Assembly: GCF_002571385.2 (NCBI RefSeq)
Contig: NW_019218008.1
Location: 299,131 to 363,130 of the forward strand
Direction of reading: 5' to 3'
DNA length: 64,000 bases
Origin: Stylophora pistillata
Taxonomy: Eukaryota
Below the pieces are notes generated by a model. It was not told where the DNA came from. It did not search any database and worked only from the letters and a program-made list of their open reading frames with translations. Of this stretch, positions 12,817-26,900 are shown piece by piece; the stretch's first letter is position 1, and each line of letters opens with the position of its first letter. Both the position numbers and the translations under genes were made by a program.

Positions 12817-14289
12817 GTAACCAGGCTATTCGTTCCGCCGAGTCCGCAAATGGAGGAAATTCATCGTCACGTGCCACAGACCACCCAGCCACAAGTTACT
12901 TTCCACGACCATCATCTAGTGCCACAGGTTTCCAAGCTACAGGCTCCCTTCACAAAATTAGTTTCCACGGTCTATTAGGAATAGTATTCACTCCATTATC
13001 ATCTGTCACTTTTGTTCAGGAAACTGCGTCTTCACTGAAATTAACAAAATCATCAAATCATATTGGCTTTCAAACGGCTGCGAATTTCTCTGTATTTTTT
13101 GAGCGGTCGAGTCCAACATCCGGTATTATAGATCTTTCCTCAGGTTCCTTAGTATCAGCGCAGACGTCATGCTCACCGTCAAGTGCCAGAGGTGTTCAGA
13201 CAACCAGCAACTCGATAGGTTCAGGTAAATTATTTCTCATTTTTTTAAAAGATTTGAAATGTTTGATGAGTTTCTTTAATTTAATAACCACCCCCATGCT
13301 CTTTCCATCTCATTTTCTATTTTCACGTCTCTTTGTCTTACTAATCCTAATCTGACCCATTCCCTCACGCCTTTTTTGTCTGATCACATGATGCACCTTG
13401 TCTTCTTATTATTCCCCTCTTGATCGAAAGCTTTCTGTTACCTATGAGACAGAAACTCACTGCCTGCAAGGAGATTGGACACTAGTCCATAGTATTATGG
13501 TATGTAGAGAGAAACCACGAGGAGAGAGACATCAAAAGGTTGAGTTGAGTTCATGTGTGCTCGTCGCTTCCCTACAATAACACTGCCAAAACATATAAGG
13601 TTTGTTTTTTATTTCCCTTGCTTGTTTTTAATGAAAGCTTTTACACATTCTATATTTATAGTGCAAATACCTGGTGCTGTCTCTGGGTTTACTCCGGGAG
13701 AACCATCGACAGTAGGTAATCATACAATAACGTACGGATATGTTGTGCGACAGAATATGCTCTGAGTTTACTCCATTGTATCTTTTACGGACCGTTCAAC
13801 ATCTTTAGGTGAACCGTTGCCTCTTCTGGCTAAGATACTCATTCCTGTGGTTGGAGTCCTGTTCGTTGTGGTAGTTGGTGTCGCTTGGTGTTGCTGTGTA
13901 CGAGGAAAGGAAAGAGAAAACTTCGAAAACCCCACCGAATCAACACAGATGGTAAGTAACCACTCTGAAACTGGTTGTGCGTTCTTTGGCTGGATACATG
14001 ACTAGCATAAAACTCTCTTTATTTAAAACATAAAACTCTCTTTATTTAAAACATAAAACTCTCTTTATTTAAAGGAGATCTTTAAAAAAGCACAGGCGAA
14101 GCCTCTGTCTCTTGAAGGCGCTAAAGTTAAAGCACTGCGCTTAAAACGAGAAAAAAATGCTTTTAGTCAAGGAACTGTCCCTATCTTCCCTTATCTTCTG
14201 TTGTTTAAGCTTAATATGTGATTTGCTTTGTCGACACGTTTTGTTAGGTACGACTTGATGGGACCGAAAATCGTGGAGGGTCCTGTTAA
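12817..14289 (+). CDS. 3' exons of a Ser/Thr-rich (mucin-like stalk) type I membrane protein with a short tail; 5' end not resolved
   Basis: Phase-compatible GT-AG exons: 12817-13224 (S/T-rich), 13662-13715, 13809-13951 (TM ILIPVVGVLFVVVVGVAW followed by CCCVRGK) and 14248-14289 (VRLDGTENRGGSC*). Confidence 0.65.
14006..14073. repeat. 23-bp tandem repeat x3 in an intron
   Basis: cataaaactctctttatttaaaa x3. Confidence 0.9.
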
Positions 14290-14571
14290 CTCCATGCGGT
14301 GTTATTCCTGTGTCAATTGCAACTCTAACAGGTTTTTAAACGAAAAGATAAACAAGAACGACACACAAGACGGGAATGAGTCTTTACATTAACAAGTCAT
14401 GTCTCACTAACCACTACATCGAGATTAAACATTTTAAAGCAAGAAGTGCAGAACATTAAAATCTAAGAGCATGTATTGCAATTTTGTAATCTGACCATTG
14501 ATCAACCCATAGGAAGTCTTAGAACTGTTGCACTCAGACTCTGATATCTGAGGGACAACAAACCATTATAA

Positions 14572-14673
14572 GCATTCAGCTGTCACGTGACTTTCGGAAG
14601 GAACTCAACTGTATGACCTCCGACTGTAGGTGACTATCACGTGACTTAAAGCGTGACATGAAAACGAGTCTGA
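14572..14673 (-). pseudogene. Duplicated 3' end of the neighbouring GPCR
   Basis: About 90% identical to 15048-15147 (last ~32 codons and the stop). Confidence 0.8.
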
Positions 14674-15049
14674 TAAGGGACCACTCATTACTCATCGCTT
14701 TGGGNACAGAAAATTGACTGCCCACGAGGGGAATCATTAGAATACTTCAGAACCGGGGAAGGTGGGTCAGAAAAAATTAATTATGAGATAACCAAAGATC
14801 CTGTTCCCCCCTCCTGCTGGCGATAAATGATGTCTGGTCCCTCAAAATTTTCAACAAATTTCTATGTGTCAGGTGAACATAAATGTTCATTGTAACACCT
14901 GGATATCATTTCTAGTATGTTTGAAACACTTAATGTAATCAGAAAATTCCCTGGCAGGATTGTATTAATAAATAACAAAATGTCAATTTTATTGTTGTTG
15001 TTCATTCACGAAAGATGATGCTCCGAGGAAGTTAGCATTTCACTCGTCA

Positions 15050-16015
15050 TTAGCTGTCACGTGACCTTCCGAAGGAACTCAAATGTATGACTTCCGGCTG
15101 AAGGTGACTATCACGTGACTTAAAGCGTGACATGAAAACGAGTCTGAACGCCCGCCGGATGTGGGCAAGCCTGAAGTTGAATATCAGAGGGTTGGCGGTA
15201 GGGTTTAAGTAGAGAAACGGGAGGAAAAATCTTACACCGGCGAAAAACCAATCCTGCCCTCTGCATTCTGGTAAATAGAGATCCAATAGTTTAAAGATGA
15301 GATAAGGAAGCAGAGATGTCACAAAACAAAACACTATCAGTTGTGTGGTGACTGCCAAAGCCCTCTCTCTCTTTCTCCGTCTTAATTCAACGCCGGTGGA
15401 GTTTAATGACCGTTCAGAATCTTCTAAAAGACATTCTGCTTTCCTGTTGTGCAGTCGCACCACTATAATAAGCGCTATATTGAATGCAATCAAAGCCAAA
15501 AAGGGTGCAGTGGCAGTCAAGTGAAAGCGTGAAGGTGCACTCATCTATTTTGACCCCGCTAAACTTAATAAGCTGAAGGTCAGGGAATAAACCACCACGG
15601 ATACCACAGCAATGACACCTCTCCTCACCGTGGGCTTTTGCCGATAGACGATTGGGAAAGCTACAGCAAAGAGCCTCTCACAGGACAGCAGCAGTGCTAA
15701 CATATTTGCTGTACAAATTGTAAACCCGGCGAAAACTGCCGCGAATATTGTACCTTCAAGTGAGGAGGTGTTCTCTTTTCCAAGTACGCATAAAATGGAA
15801 TTGTAGACAACATCAATTCCTGTTATACTTCCGCTCAAAATGTCTATCAGCGCCAGAACGGCTTTGCAGACCACTATAGGCTTCCTGAAGCATCTTAAGG
15901 GATCTTTGTACAGAACAACAAGGAGTAAACCATTAGCGACGGATGCCACAATGAAAAACACAACGAGAAAAATCAACCCCGTTGTACAGATTGCTACTCT
16001 AAAATCGCTTCCCAT
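15050..16015 (-). pseudogene. Intronless class A (rhodopsin-like) GPCR with a single in-frame TAG
   Basis: ORFs 16015-15545 (TM1-4; ANGLL, LALID, SCERLFAV) and 15544-15050 (TM5-7; LLPY, NPLIF) are contiguous and in frame across AAA-TAG-ATG. Confidence 0.8.
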
Positions 16016-16665
16016 TTCCTAGTAAACCAACAACGAACTTCGTCAGCAAGTTCTCAATGTCGTCTGCTCCGCGCACCACCAAATTAAGAACAACAAAAAA
16101 AATGAACGCTAGCACCGGTGTTTACACCAAGAGACTTCCCCTGAAAGTTTTGATTTTTATTATTAATCTTATTATTAATCTTTTAATCCCTAAGAGTGAC
16201 TGGTATCTAAATTCTCCTTACAATATTAGCCCCGAATCGAGCATTGAGGTCAGGAGAATGAAAGTAAATGATCACCAACCAGAAAAGCTTTTGATTGTTA
16301 AACAAATTCTCTTTGTTAGCTCTTCAGCACTTTAGGAATAGTATACAGAACAGTATTGAGAATTCGTATACTGATGTTAGGGTGCACAATCATCCCTAAG
16401 CATTTTAGTTAAAAATATTCTTAATTGAAGTCCCCGTGGATGTTCTTGAGCTAAAAACCCATTTCTATTTCAAACAGTGTTGATATTTCGTCCTAATCAC
16501 ACTGATAATCAATACATACACGATGGCCTTCAAATGAGGTTTTCATCTCTCGATGAAAGATATACTTTTTCCCAGTGTGAAATATCGGTCTACATGAATG
16601 CTCCATGATCGGCTGAGTGTGTCAGCAGACGAAGACCATCTAATAATGCTGTGAGAACCAAGAAC

Positions 16666-16885
16666 AATAGTCCATTTTACAGTTGTGTGCTTGGTTGCCA
16701 GGCCTTTTAACGGGAGTGAGGCTAGGGGTGACCTTGTTATGATACAGACCTCACTGTCTTTCAAATGTAAATCACTTTGTTATCATGCTAACTAAATACA
16801 GGTCTCTATCACGACAAGGTCACCTTCAGCCTCACCCCAAATCAAAGGCTTGGCAACTAAGTACACAACTGTAAAATGGCCTATT
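16666..16885. mobile_element. MITE (long TIRs)
   Basis: aatagtccattttacagttgtgtgctt...aagtacacaactgtaaaatggcctatt; the arms pair over ~80 bp. Confidence 0.85.
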
Positions 16886-17759
16886 AACATTTCTTTCCTA
16901 ATGCTTATCTTTTGTTTCCTTGAAATTCACTAATTCCATTAACACTTAACGAAACGATTTTACACTTGAACCCAAGCAATTAGATACTCCTTAAAAGGTT
17001 TGAAAAGAAATTGTGTAAATCATGTCTTAAACAGCGCTATCCCATGGATTTTGGTGAAAGATTGTTTTGTTGTTTCAGTTGAAGAGCAATATCAGGCTCG
17101 TTTGTTTGATTGCTTCACCTTAACAAATAAATTTTTGGTTAACCTAAATTGATGATTCTGTTGCTGTAGAATTCAAATTTTCGTTCAGCTGGAGATTGGG
17201 ATGGTAATTTTCTAGTTGGGAAATAACGGTGATGATAAAATAACCATTTTTTTAAAAAACGTTCTTAAGAAAGATATCAGCCGCTTTAAGTTACTTGCTC
17301 CGTACAGTAACGATGATTGGAATTCCATGTCGTATCAACAAAAAGCCACTGAGTTATACAGCTGTCATACACCTTAACTCAACAGTTTAAGATTGATTCC
17401 TTAAAACCCGTAGACCAGGTAAACAACTTTAACTTTCTTGACAATAAAGGCCTGTTTGTTGAGCTTATTTCATGATGAATTTGGGAGAAATAGATGATGG
17501 ATATCTTATCGCTAGTTGTACGAATAAATGAACTAACCTGAGTGTGTAGAGAACAGTAGTTGACACTCCCTTCGAACCACACCGACAAGCAGGTACATAC
17601 TCGCATATTCACACAATCACGCTTTCAGGGGAACGTTAAAAAGGGACTGGTGGAAAGTGGAGAAAGCATACACCCCCCTCCGGGCTTCTCTTATGAGCAG
17701 CCGCATATTAGATTTACAGGAATGTCACAACATCTATTTTTACCACAGCTGGCGTAATG

Positions 17760-18050
17760 TGATTGGACAATTTGCCCTAGTCGATAAACGGTACAGACAA
17801 CGCTACTCGCGTCAACGTGTCACGATCTTGGTCACGCATTAAAAAAAAGTTTTATTCGACGTCGATTTTCTGGTAAGAAACAAATCGATAGTAGTTAGCG
17901 TGGTCTTTACTCTTATCGACAACAGTATTCGTCATCGCAGTGGTCGAAGTTTATTGCGGACTTACTCGGCTGCGGCTCGTGAGTCCACATCCTTTTAACC
18001 ACTTTGATGACGAATGTTATTGCCGGTAAGAATACAGACCACGCTACCAC
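17760..18050 (-). mobile_element. Hairpin-containing interspersed repeat
   Basis: Imperfect palindrome ~17910-18030 centred on ggacttactcggctgcggctcgtgagtcc. Confidence 0.6.
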
Positions 18051-19197
18051 TGTCGCTTTGTTAAATTTCAAGCATTCAGGGGAACGCAGAAAAGGACTGG
18101 AGAGAAGTTTTTGCGGAGACAAAGAAAAAAATTAGAAACATTTAAAGAATATCAACAACGGAACGTCGAGGAAGACGTCGATTACAGAATGAATTCATGT
18201 TTTTGGTTACATTTTCGCAAATGGTTGGATGCGTTTAATGTCTCCTACGGAGCCACACCTGAACTTCAGCATAGCATATGCGAGAAGCGTCGAGCTGCAC
18301 ATGGAAACATAAATAATTTACCGTCTAGGTTTCCGTCAATAGTCCACGCAAATTCTGGTACTTTCACGTTGTTTTTTTGGGGAGGACATCTGAGAAATGT
18401 ACGAAGTCTTAAAACGCACGTGCTAAGCTGTTGCTTTGCTCATTACATCTTTTTGTTTTGCCATGTCCTCGTTTCCGTCGCCGTCATGGTCTGCCAAAGT
18501 TTCCTATGGTCACATATTCGAGAAGAAATAACTTTTCAATTTTTCCTTCAAATCGAATATGAGCCACATTATGATTGGCTTACATGTTAGATGTGCATTC
18601 ATTGAGATATGTGGAACACGGGAGGTTTGGAAAACATGACGGATGCTTAAGAAGTCCTCTAGGCGGAGCAGGGAGTGTCTATAGCTTCGAAACGGCTCGT
18701 CAAATGCCCAAGTGCTTCTCGATGAAAGCAAAGTGTACAGAATAAATAACATATTTTGTAATATTTTCAAAGCGGTAGCCTGAATGTTTTAAAAGAGAAA
18801 ATTCTCACTGCCACGCCTCTGAATGCACACGCCCACGTCACCAGCTTGCACCTGGTTTTGAGTCATTGAGACACGCCCGTGAAATTGATTTACTGAAACA
18901 CAATTTTTCTTGATTTGCAATTTAAAGAAAGAGAGTTTGAGCCATGGGTTCTTTTATTTTTGTAAAATGTTCTTTTTGTAAGGAGTGGTTCATCAGTAGC
19001 TATGAACCACACCTTAAAGCAAAGTCCCCAGATCGGTCCATCAAAATAATCCTTTTTAAATTTTTTTTTACCAGCTATTAGTATAAAGAATTCAGTCAAT
19101 TTACCAGAGTCAACTGCAGATTTAGCGGGTCATCAGCAATATAGCTGTTTGTTTCGTTGAAATGGGCTTATTTCAATTCTCAGACATGCAAAATTCG

Positions 19198-19780
19198 TAT
19201 AGGTAATCACATGATTTCGAGTGCAACTTCGAATAAATAAGCACGAGTAAGTTTTTTCAAAGACTAACAAAATTGCATGAACCCGTAGGGCGAATGCAAT
19301 TTGTAAAAGAAATTTTACAAGTGCTTATTTATTTCAAATTTCACGAGAAAAATCATGTGATTATGTATTCATAATATACGTGAAAAAATACGAGGTAGCT
19401 TATCACAATTATGTAAAAGAAAAGCGCGCGCATCACGTGCAAAAATAATTAATTTAAACCCTGCAAGTGACATTGTGAGTTAGGTCAAAACCACCGCGTA
19501 CGATCAAAACAATAAGATAAAATGAAATTTTCACATCTTAAAGGCGCGAAAAAGTTCAAAGTCCGGCCAAACTGTTCAAGGAATTGTTCAGTGAGTTTTG
19601 GTACTTCTGTGAGTTTCTTTCATTACTGACCAACCAGAATGTCTGGTTTGTTATTTTCTTTGCACTGAATTAACCCTCTTCTGCGCTGAATTAACTCTCT
19701 TCTACGCTAAATTGCCTGAAAACTGCATATATCTTAACCAATCAGAACTAAGTAATTTTTTCACTTATTTCATTAGTTGA
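19198..19780 (+). mobile_element. Hairpin-headed non-autonomous element
   Basis: ~160-nt palindrome 19204-19364 (taatcacatgattt...aaatcatgtgatta) centred on ccc-gta-ggg. The right boundary is approximate. Confidence 0.6.
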
Positions 19781-20945
19781 TAAATTATATAGTAATCGAT
19801 AACACGATCCTCTTCCCAAAGTTAGAACACGAAATCCTATTTTTAGTCTTGATATATTCATCTTTATTTTAAATTGTAAGATTTGGTGAGTGAAATATGT
19901 TCGGCCATATGGTATTCAACATAGTCGATGGTTTGGTTTGGTTTGGTTCAGTGACTTTAGCACCTGCTTGATTGGCATTTCAACAGAGCAGACTGGTTTC
20001 GTTGAAAAAATATTAATTACTTCCTATGATGTCAAAATTCAAAGGGGATTTTAAGGAATCAGAAACAATCTTTGTCGATTTTTGGATTTAATAGACGAGG
20101 GAAAACTTTCACACAGCTGTCTTCATGAGCAAAAACATATGATAATGAATAAAGCTGAGAAATTTGTGACGATCTAACTAGAAAATATTAATTTTGTGAT
20201 GGATTCATATAAATTGGGAAATTATGCCATCGCGGTGGGACGCTAGATACTCTGTTTAATTCATTATGTACGAAACAGAATAACAGAAACGACTCGATCA
20301 GTTCATTCTATGTCCCTCCGGCAGCAATTGGGGACTGATCCTTTGAAAAGACCAAAAGTTGTTTACATTGTGTATTCATAATCAAGTTTTATGCTGGAAT
20401 AAGAGAGCTTCGCGATGCAATTGGTTATGTAAACTTTTTCAGTGTCAAATAGCATGTACGCGATGGGCCTCAGAGGGATTTTTGCATAAATCTACAACAA
20501 TGTCAACGGATAACTACTTTATATTGAACTTTGTTAGCGTAAGTACGCCATTTGATTCATTCTGATCACAATATTTAGTACATTTAGTTGCATTTTACCT
20601 GACATAATCATGTTGCTGTAATAAACTTCTGGATTGTTAAAGCACTACACGGAAGGTCTTTCATCAAACTTTTCTTTTTGCATTCAGTGGTTAAAGAAAA
20701 CACGCGCTCGAATATTTTTTGGGCGCTTTAACCGCGGTTAACTTTGGTGCCGTAGCTCTACGAGAGTTCTGCAGTTTACTAAATAATCTACGCAACTTGA
20801 GTCAAGGACTTGAGCAAAATTCAAATCCATCTCCTCACTTCAGTTATGTTAATTTTCTCTTTCTTGGAAAATTCTCTTTTAAGTCCAAACGCCTCTTAAA
20901 AAGTCTAAAGCGTTGAGTATAGTTTCTGAATTTAAAACGCAGGTG

Positions 20946-23900
20946 ATGATAGAAACTGGGATCATAATTCTGTTTTTAAGAATCTCTGATGTAACAGCAG
21001 GTATGTATAAACAAAAAAGCTGCAATCCACAACACATCGCAAATTATTCATCTGTGGAAATTTGTTGTTTGACTTCATCTGAAAATAGTCTCGAGGTTCC
21101 TAAATGATGGTGATATACATTGGATAATCAATGCATGTCTCATTGCACGTCTCAAGATACAGAGAACTGACAGTTAAAAACAATTAAAATAGTTTATGTG
21201 GAGCAAAATTTGTGTGATTTTCCCGGCATAAGACCGAATTTAAGTCTTTGTGGTGAAGAGTCCCAGAACTGCCCCCTGGGTGGAGTGTTAGACCATCGCA
21301 ACTTCCCGCTCTCCGCCTCCCCTCTCCACTCCATTTTGTCAGGCTTCCCAAACAGTTTTCCTGTACCCATTTATTCACCTGTATTAACTAACAACACAAC
21401 ACGACGACCCGGTCAAGCCATTGCATTTCATAATAGGAAAAAAGGAAAAGGAAATTGTTGACAACTTTTTTCCTTTTCAGCGGTTCGACACCTTGGTCTG
21501 GTAAAGAGACATCCTATCCCAGTTCTATAAGGCCCATTCGACTTTACTTCTTTGTTAGAATGTCATAAAAAAAACCAAGATAAGTTGTTGCGACAGATTG
21601 CTATCTGTTTCAATGACACTTCACAACAGGAAGACTCCTGCGAGAAATAAACTTTCTCGTGCCAAGCCCCCTTCGGCTTAAGATTCTAACAGCTTCATTG
21701 AGAATCTGAAGACAATAAATTATTTTATCACATTTTACCTCAGCTGACTTGGCATTGAGACAACCAGCAAAAATATCCGGTCACGGCGAGTCAGAGGCTG
21801 CATTGGCTGTTGAAGGTACATCAGCACGGTGTGCAGTCACCAGTCTACTTACAGACCCTTGGTGGCGTGTAGATCTGGGGAGGAGTTACGTTGTCGATGC
21901 AATAAGCATTTTGACCGGTGCACATGCATTAACAGATTTCGAAATACGAATCGGTGAGTGGTCCGAGTTATACAACCAAACATTTGCTCAACCTTTAGTA
22001 TATTTTCTTTTTCTTTTCCAATGGCTGATTAGAACAAAGGAGAGAAGAAGAAACCAGTAAGATTCCAGCGTGGTACTTTCAACCGTGTGAAAACGGGAAT
22101 GACTAATTCTCGACTGATTTTAGTTTTAAATCTGATTGGTTCGGGAAGGGGGGTTGCTTGAGGTTCCCAGACCAATCGTAGCCCAGTGTAAGATTTCGTC
22201 GCTCCATCGGTAAACTTAATGAAGATCCTTAGGCACTTCTTATCAAAGGATCGTGAAGCGAGGAGAGATAAAGTCAGTTGTATCCTGTATTTCTGTTTAC
22301 TAACTTTGCATTTTCTTATTCCTTAGGTGACAGTCTCGATAATGAAGGAAACTCAAATCAAAAGTTTGGAGGACCATACACTACAACTTCATCACAAGAA
22401 AAGTCCTTCTTCTGCATCCCGGGTATCAGAGGTCGGTATGTGAACATCCGAATAGCGGGAGACAACAAGAAACTGGAGATCTGTGGGATGTCAGTAAATC
22501 CTAATCCAACAGGTGGGCCGCAAGTATTCTCCTATGAGGTAGATAAAGATGTAGGTAGGAAACTTAATAATGGTGGTGGATAAGAAAGCAGAGAGAAAGG
22601 AAGGAAAGATGGTAGGGATGTAACCTGATGGGTAAGAAGAAAGAGAGACTGGCTGATCGGCAGCTATGTATAGAGAAAGAGAGAAAGGAAGGAAGGATGG
22701 TAGGGATATAAGCTGATGGGTAGGAAGGAAGAGAGACAGGCTGATGGGTAGCTATGTATAGAGAAAGAGAGGGAGCAAGGAAGGATGGTAGGGATGTAAG
22801 CTGATGGGTAAGAAGAAAGAGAGACAGCCGGGCCGATCGGTAACTATCTATAGAGAAAGAGAGAAAGGAAGGAGGGATGGTAGGGATGTAAGCTGCTGGG
22901 TAAGAAGGAAGAGAGACTGGGTGATCGGTTGCTATGTATATAGAAAGAGAGGGAGGAAGGAAGGATGGTTGTGATGTAAGCTGATGGTTAAGAATGAAGA
23001 GAGACAGGCTGATGGGTAGCTATGTATAGAGAAAGACAGAGAGGAAGGAAGGATGGTAGGGATGTAAGCTGATGGTTAAGAATGAAGAGAGACAGGCTGA
23101 TGGGTAGCTATGTATAGAGAAAGAGAGGGAGGATGGAAAGATGGTAGGGATGTAAGCTGATGGTTAAGAAGGAAGAGAGACAGGCTGATGGGTTGCTATG
23201 TATAGAGAAAGAGAGGGAGGATGGAAAGATGGTAGGGATGTAAGCTGATGGTTAAGAAGGAAGAGAGACAGGCTGATGGGTTCGTGCTGGGTAAGAAGGA
23301 AGAGAGACTGGCTGATCGGTAGCTATGTATAGAGAAAGAGAGGGAGGAAGGAAGGATGCTAGGGATGTAAGCTGATGGGTAAGAATGAAACGGGACAGGC
23401 TGATCGGTTGCTATGTATAGAGAAAGAGAGGGAGGAAGGAAGGATGGTAGGGATATAAGCGGATGGGTAAGAAGGAAGAGAGACAGGCTGATCGGTAGCT
23501 ATGTATAGAGAATGAGAGGGAGGAAGGATGGTAGGAGGGTTGGAGGGATGATGTGGAGGTTAGCTGGAGGAAAGTGAAAGGGAAACAACCAGTTATGCCG
23601 GGCAATAAAACGGCATCTGAGCTTTTTCCTTCCCCTGAGACCAAATTAGCGTTTAAACGCCCCACCCAAAAGTCAGACTAGATTGTCAATTTGTAAAACT
23701 GAGGCAAGATTAGCGACGGTGACTTCCTTGTAGCCCTTTTCTGAGCCATCTGTTTGCGAAAGTGAACATTGAACACTTCTATACACCGAATGCAAATATG
23801 GCGTCCAATTTGAATTGCCATTGTTCTGGACTGACTAGCCTCTCACACATGTATTAATCCTTTTGTGTTTCCACGTGAAGACAAGGCTAGTCAGCCCAGA

Positions 23901-26900
23901 ACAATGGCAATTCAAATTGGACGCCATATTTGCATTCGGTGTATATTAAAGGATAAAACGCGTTTATTTCGCTGGAAAGACTTAACAATTCCGCTTCAAA
24001 TTTCTCACACCACCCAGGTAAGGTTCAAATTTTTTCCAGCCTACCCGGGTAATGACGACAGTCATTACCCGTGGGTTATCCAGGTGGGAGGATGTTGTAG
24101 CTTCGAATTGATTGATGTATTAGCAAGCAAAAATTGTGCAGCCATCATGTAGTTATAGTGGTAAATGATAAAAAATTGGAAGTAGAGACCATAATGAGTT
24201 GTCAGTTTTGAACATTGAACTGTTCTTCCTGTGACGAGACTGTTAGAGGTGGGTTCATGTAAGCTTTTAAGTTATATTGCTATCAGCATAGTCGGTTACT
24301 TTTGCTTCTACTTTGACAGCAAACCTTGCTTTGGGCAAGTCAGCATCTCAGTCCACTGTGTCCCACTCTGCTTATCCGGTGCGAGCATTGGATGGAAATA
24401 TTGACGGCCGTTTTTCCTCATCATGTTGTACACATACATATACAACAACGGATCCTTGGTGGCGTGGGGATCTGGGATCAAGTCAGTACGTGTCAGAGGT
24501 GTTCATAGTCAACAGAGTAGAAGCTAGCTACAGGCTTTTCAACATAGAAATCCGAGTGGGTAGGCTAAAAATTCCCTCTGGATATAATTTACTTTCATGT
24601 TATTATTTCATCTTATTTACAAACCCCACTCAAACAAGCTTGCAGCTGAACTTGGCCAGCCTAGCTTTGGCTAAAACTCACGCTAGGATATATCCGATGA
24701 ACTACATCAAGTAAAGCTTACGGTTAACATAGTATCCGTGTTAGGTAGATAAGCTCTTTGTTAAGGCTTTGAACTCAAATGCGTTTTCCGATTGGAGGAG
24801 AACTTATCACGTGCCATGTATCAATACTCATTCACTCCCTAGCAAAATAACAACTTATATGGACCTTTCGACCCGCATGTGCCGAAAATTTGTGTGCCAG
24901 CGCGCGTCAAAAAAAAATATTTTGCAGTTCTTTTTCTAATTTCAGAGTTCATGACTAGCCCAATTGGAAACAGTGAGTTTATTTCCACCCGAGCAAGAAA
25001 CCCTCAGCGTTTTCACTTTGGAAAGTCAAAAGTCAATAAGTGCTTATTACATATGGAAAGAGTATCAAGTCGTAGTTTGTATTTTGTCATTTTGAAAAGG
25101 AAAGCTTTAACCCTGATTAACTGCAGGTATTTGACTTCAACGATAAACAAGGTAGTCTAACCGGAAGTTTTTTTCCGCCTCAGGTGATAGTTTGGTAAAT
25201 AACGGGAACTCGAATCCGAGGTGCGGTGGGTTGTACTCTATGGCCACTTCGCTCAAAGATTCGTTTTATTGTAAACCGAGAAAAACTGGACGATACGTAA
25301 ATATCAGACTTGTGGGAAGTAAAATGATTCTGACTTTGTGCGAAGTGGAGGTGTATTCTGAAAGCAGAGGTATTTTGCAATTTAACCTTTTGTTTCAAAT
25401 CCCAGAAGTGATTAACATGTAACTTCTCCCTGTATTATCCATACATTAGCCAGAAAACGAGTTATGAGAGTATTCAAACTTATAAGGAAGTTTTTATCTC
25501 GATCTAAAACCAAATTCTCGAAAGTAATTTACAAGAAAAATGTAGCAGCTAGAGAGGAGAATTAACAATCAGATCTTGAAAGCTTGAGGGTTAAGTCCAT
25601 AAAAGCTTTTCGTTTGGTCATAAATTGACGTGCCTAATTTAAGTTCTTTATCTATAATGAAGAGTCTAATAGGGGGAGATGGGAAAGGGCGAATTGGCAG
25701 GGAGTAGAAGGTGGGGAGTGTTATACATCAATGGCTCAACAATGGACATAGAGAGAGCTTCGTCCGTATCTAATTGGTAATGATAGAGAAACGACACTCG
25801 TTGTTAGTTCCTAATTCCACTCAGCAGCCCTTGGTTACAGCACTTACTGTAAGATTGTCACTGAATACGAACTTAAAGAGTTGGTTTTTTAGAGAAATTC
25901 AAAAAAGATGATAACAGTATCTCTTTCTTTCTAGCCATTTTGAAATACAAGCCAGTGGAACACTCAGTGCAGGACGCATATGACCAAACTTCTTTAACTC
26001 TGGTCTGTCCAGAGCCTTTCGGTTACCCTGAACCGCTCGTGGCCTGGGTCAAAGATGGTGTCGTCCTTCAAAACAGTTCATCCGACCTGACGCTGAATCT
26101 GTCAATCATTATTCAAAGGGGTATTACCACGTGGGCGATTGACTGTGTGGCCAGTAACAAACATGGTGCTGATTACTACAGATTTATTTTGAACTTGCGC
26201 AGTAAGTAAAAAAGTTTTATAAGCGAGTGCCAAGCTTGGATCTTTTAAAGGAAAACTCTACCGGGCAGTGCAATAATTATTACTATACTAAGAATCCATT
26301 TATCATTAGCTTCCCTGCGATCAGTCCTTTTTTGTTCCATTATTTATATCTAATGCATTTTTGTGCTCTCTGATTTACATAAATTTTACCCCAAATTGGC
26401 TGAGCTATTTTTCCCGAAAAACTGCTAAAAAAATTTTAGAAACGCAGTGGCCAAAGACTTCTAATGGTCAGTGCACTGGACTCCGAATCGAGAGATCCCG
26501 GCTCGAGACCTGGGAAGGTCAATGTGCTGTCTTCTTTAGCGAAACGCCTCACTATGACTTTACCTCTCTCCACCCAGAAGTATGTATGGGCACCTGCGAA
26601 TTGTAATGGAAGCCTGATGTAATTTTGGGGGTAGCATTGCGATGGAATGGCATCCTATCCAGAGAGGAAAGGGGTGGCGATACGCTTGGTCGCTTCATGT
26701 TTCTAAAAACCGGTATAAGCTCCGGTTGGGTGGGCCAGTAGGCTGGAGTATAGACTTTATCTTATTTACCTTTACTCAGTTAATATCAAAAGCTATCCTC
26801 TGTTAAATTCAAGGCAGACGTGAGATGTGCACGGAATTCAGAGACCTAGTGGAAGGGACTAGAACAGCTCATCACGTGGTACATAATCAAGTGTTGGCGC

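Noticed and set aside
15545-15547. Selenocysteine or pyrrolysine recoding
   Set aside because: The codon is TAG, not TGA. I recognised no SECIS, and animals lack pyrrolysine.
22575-23535. Regular repeat array as CRISPR or a hammerhead array
   Set aside because: There are no unique spacers and no cas genes, it lies in a eukaryotic intron, and ctgatgg lacks the CUGANGA...GAAA fold.
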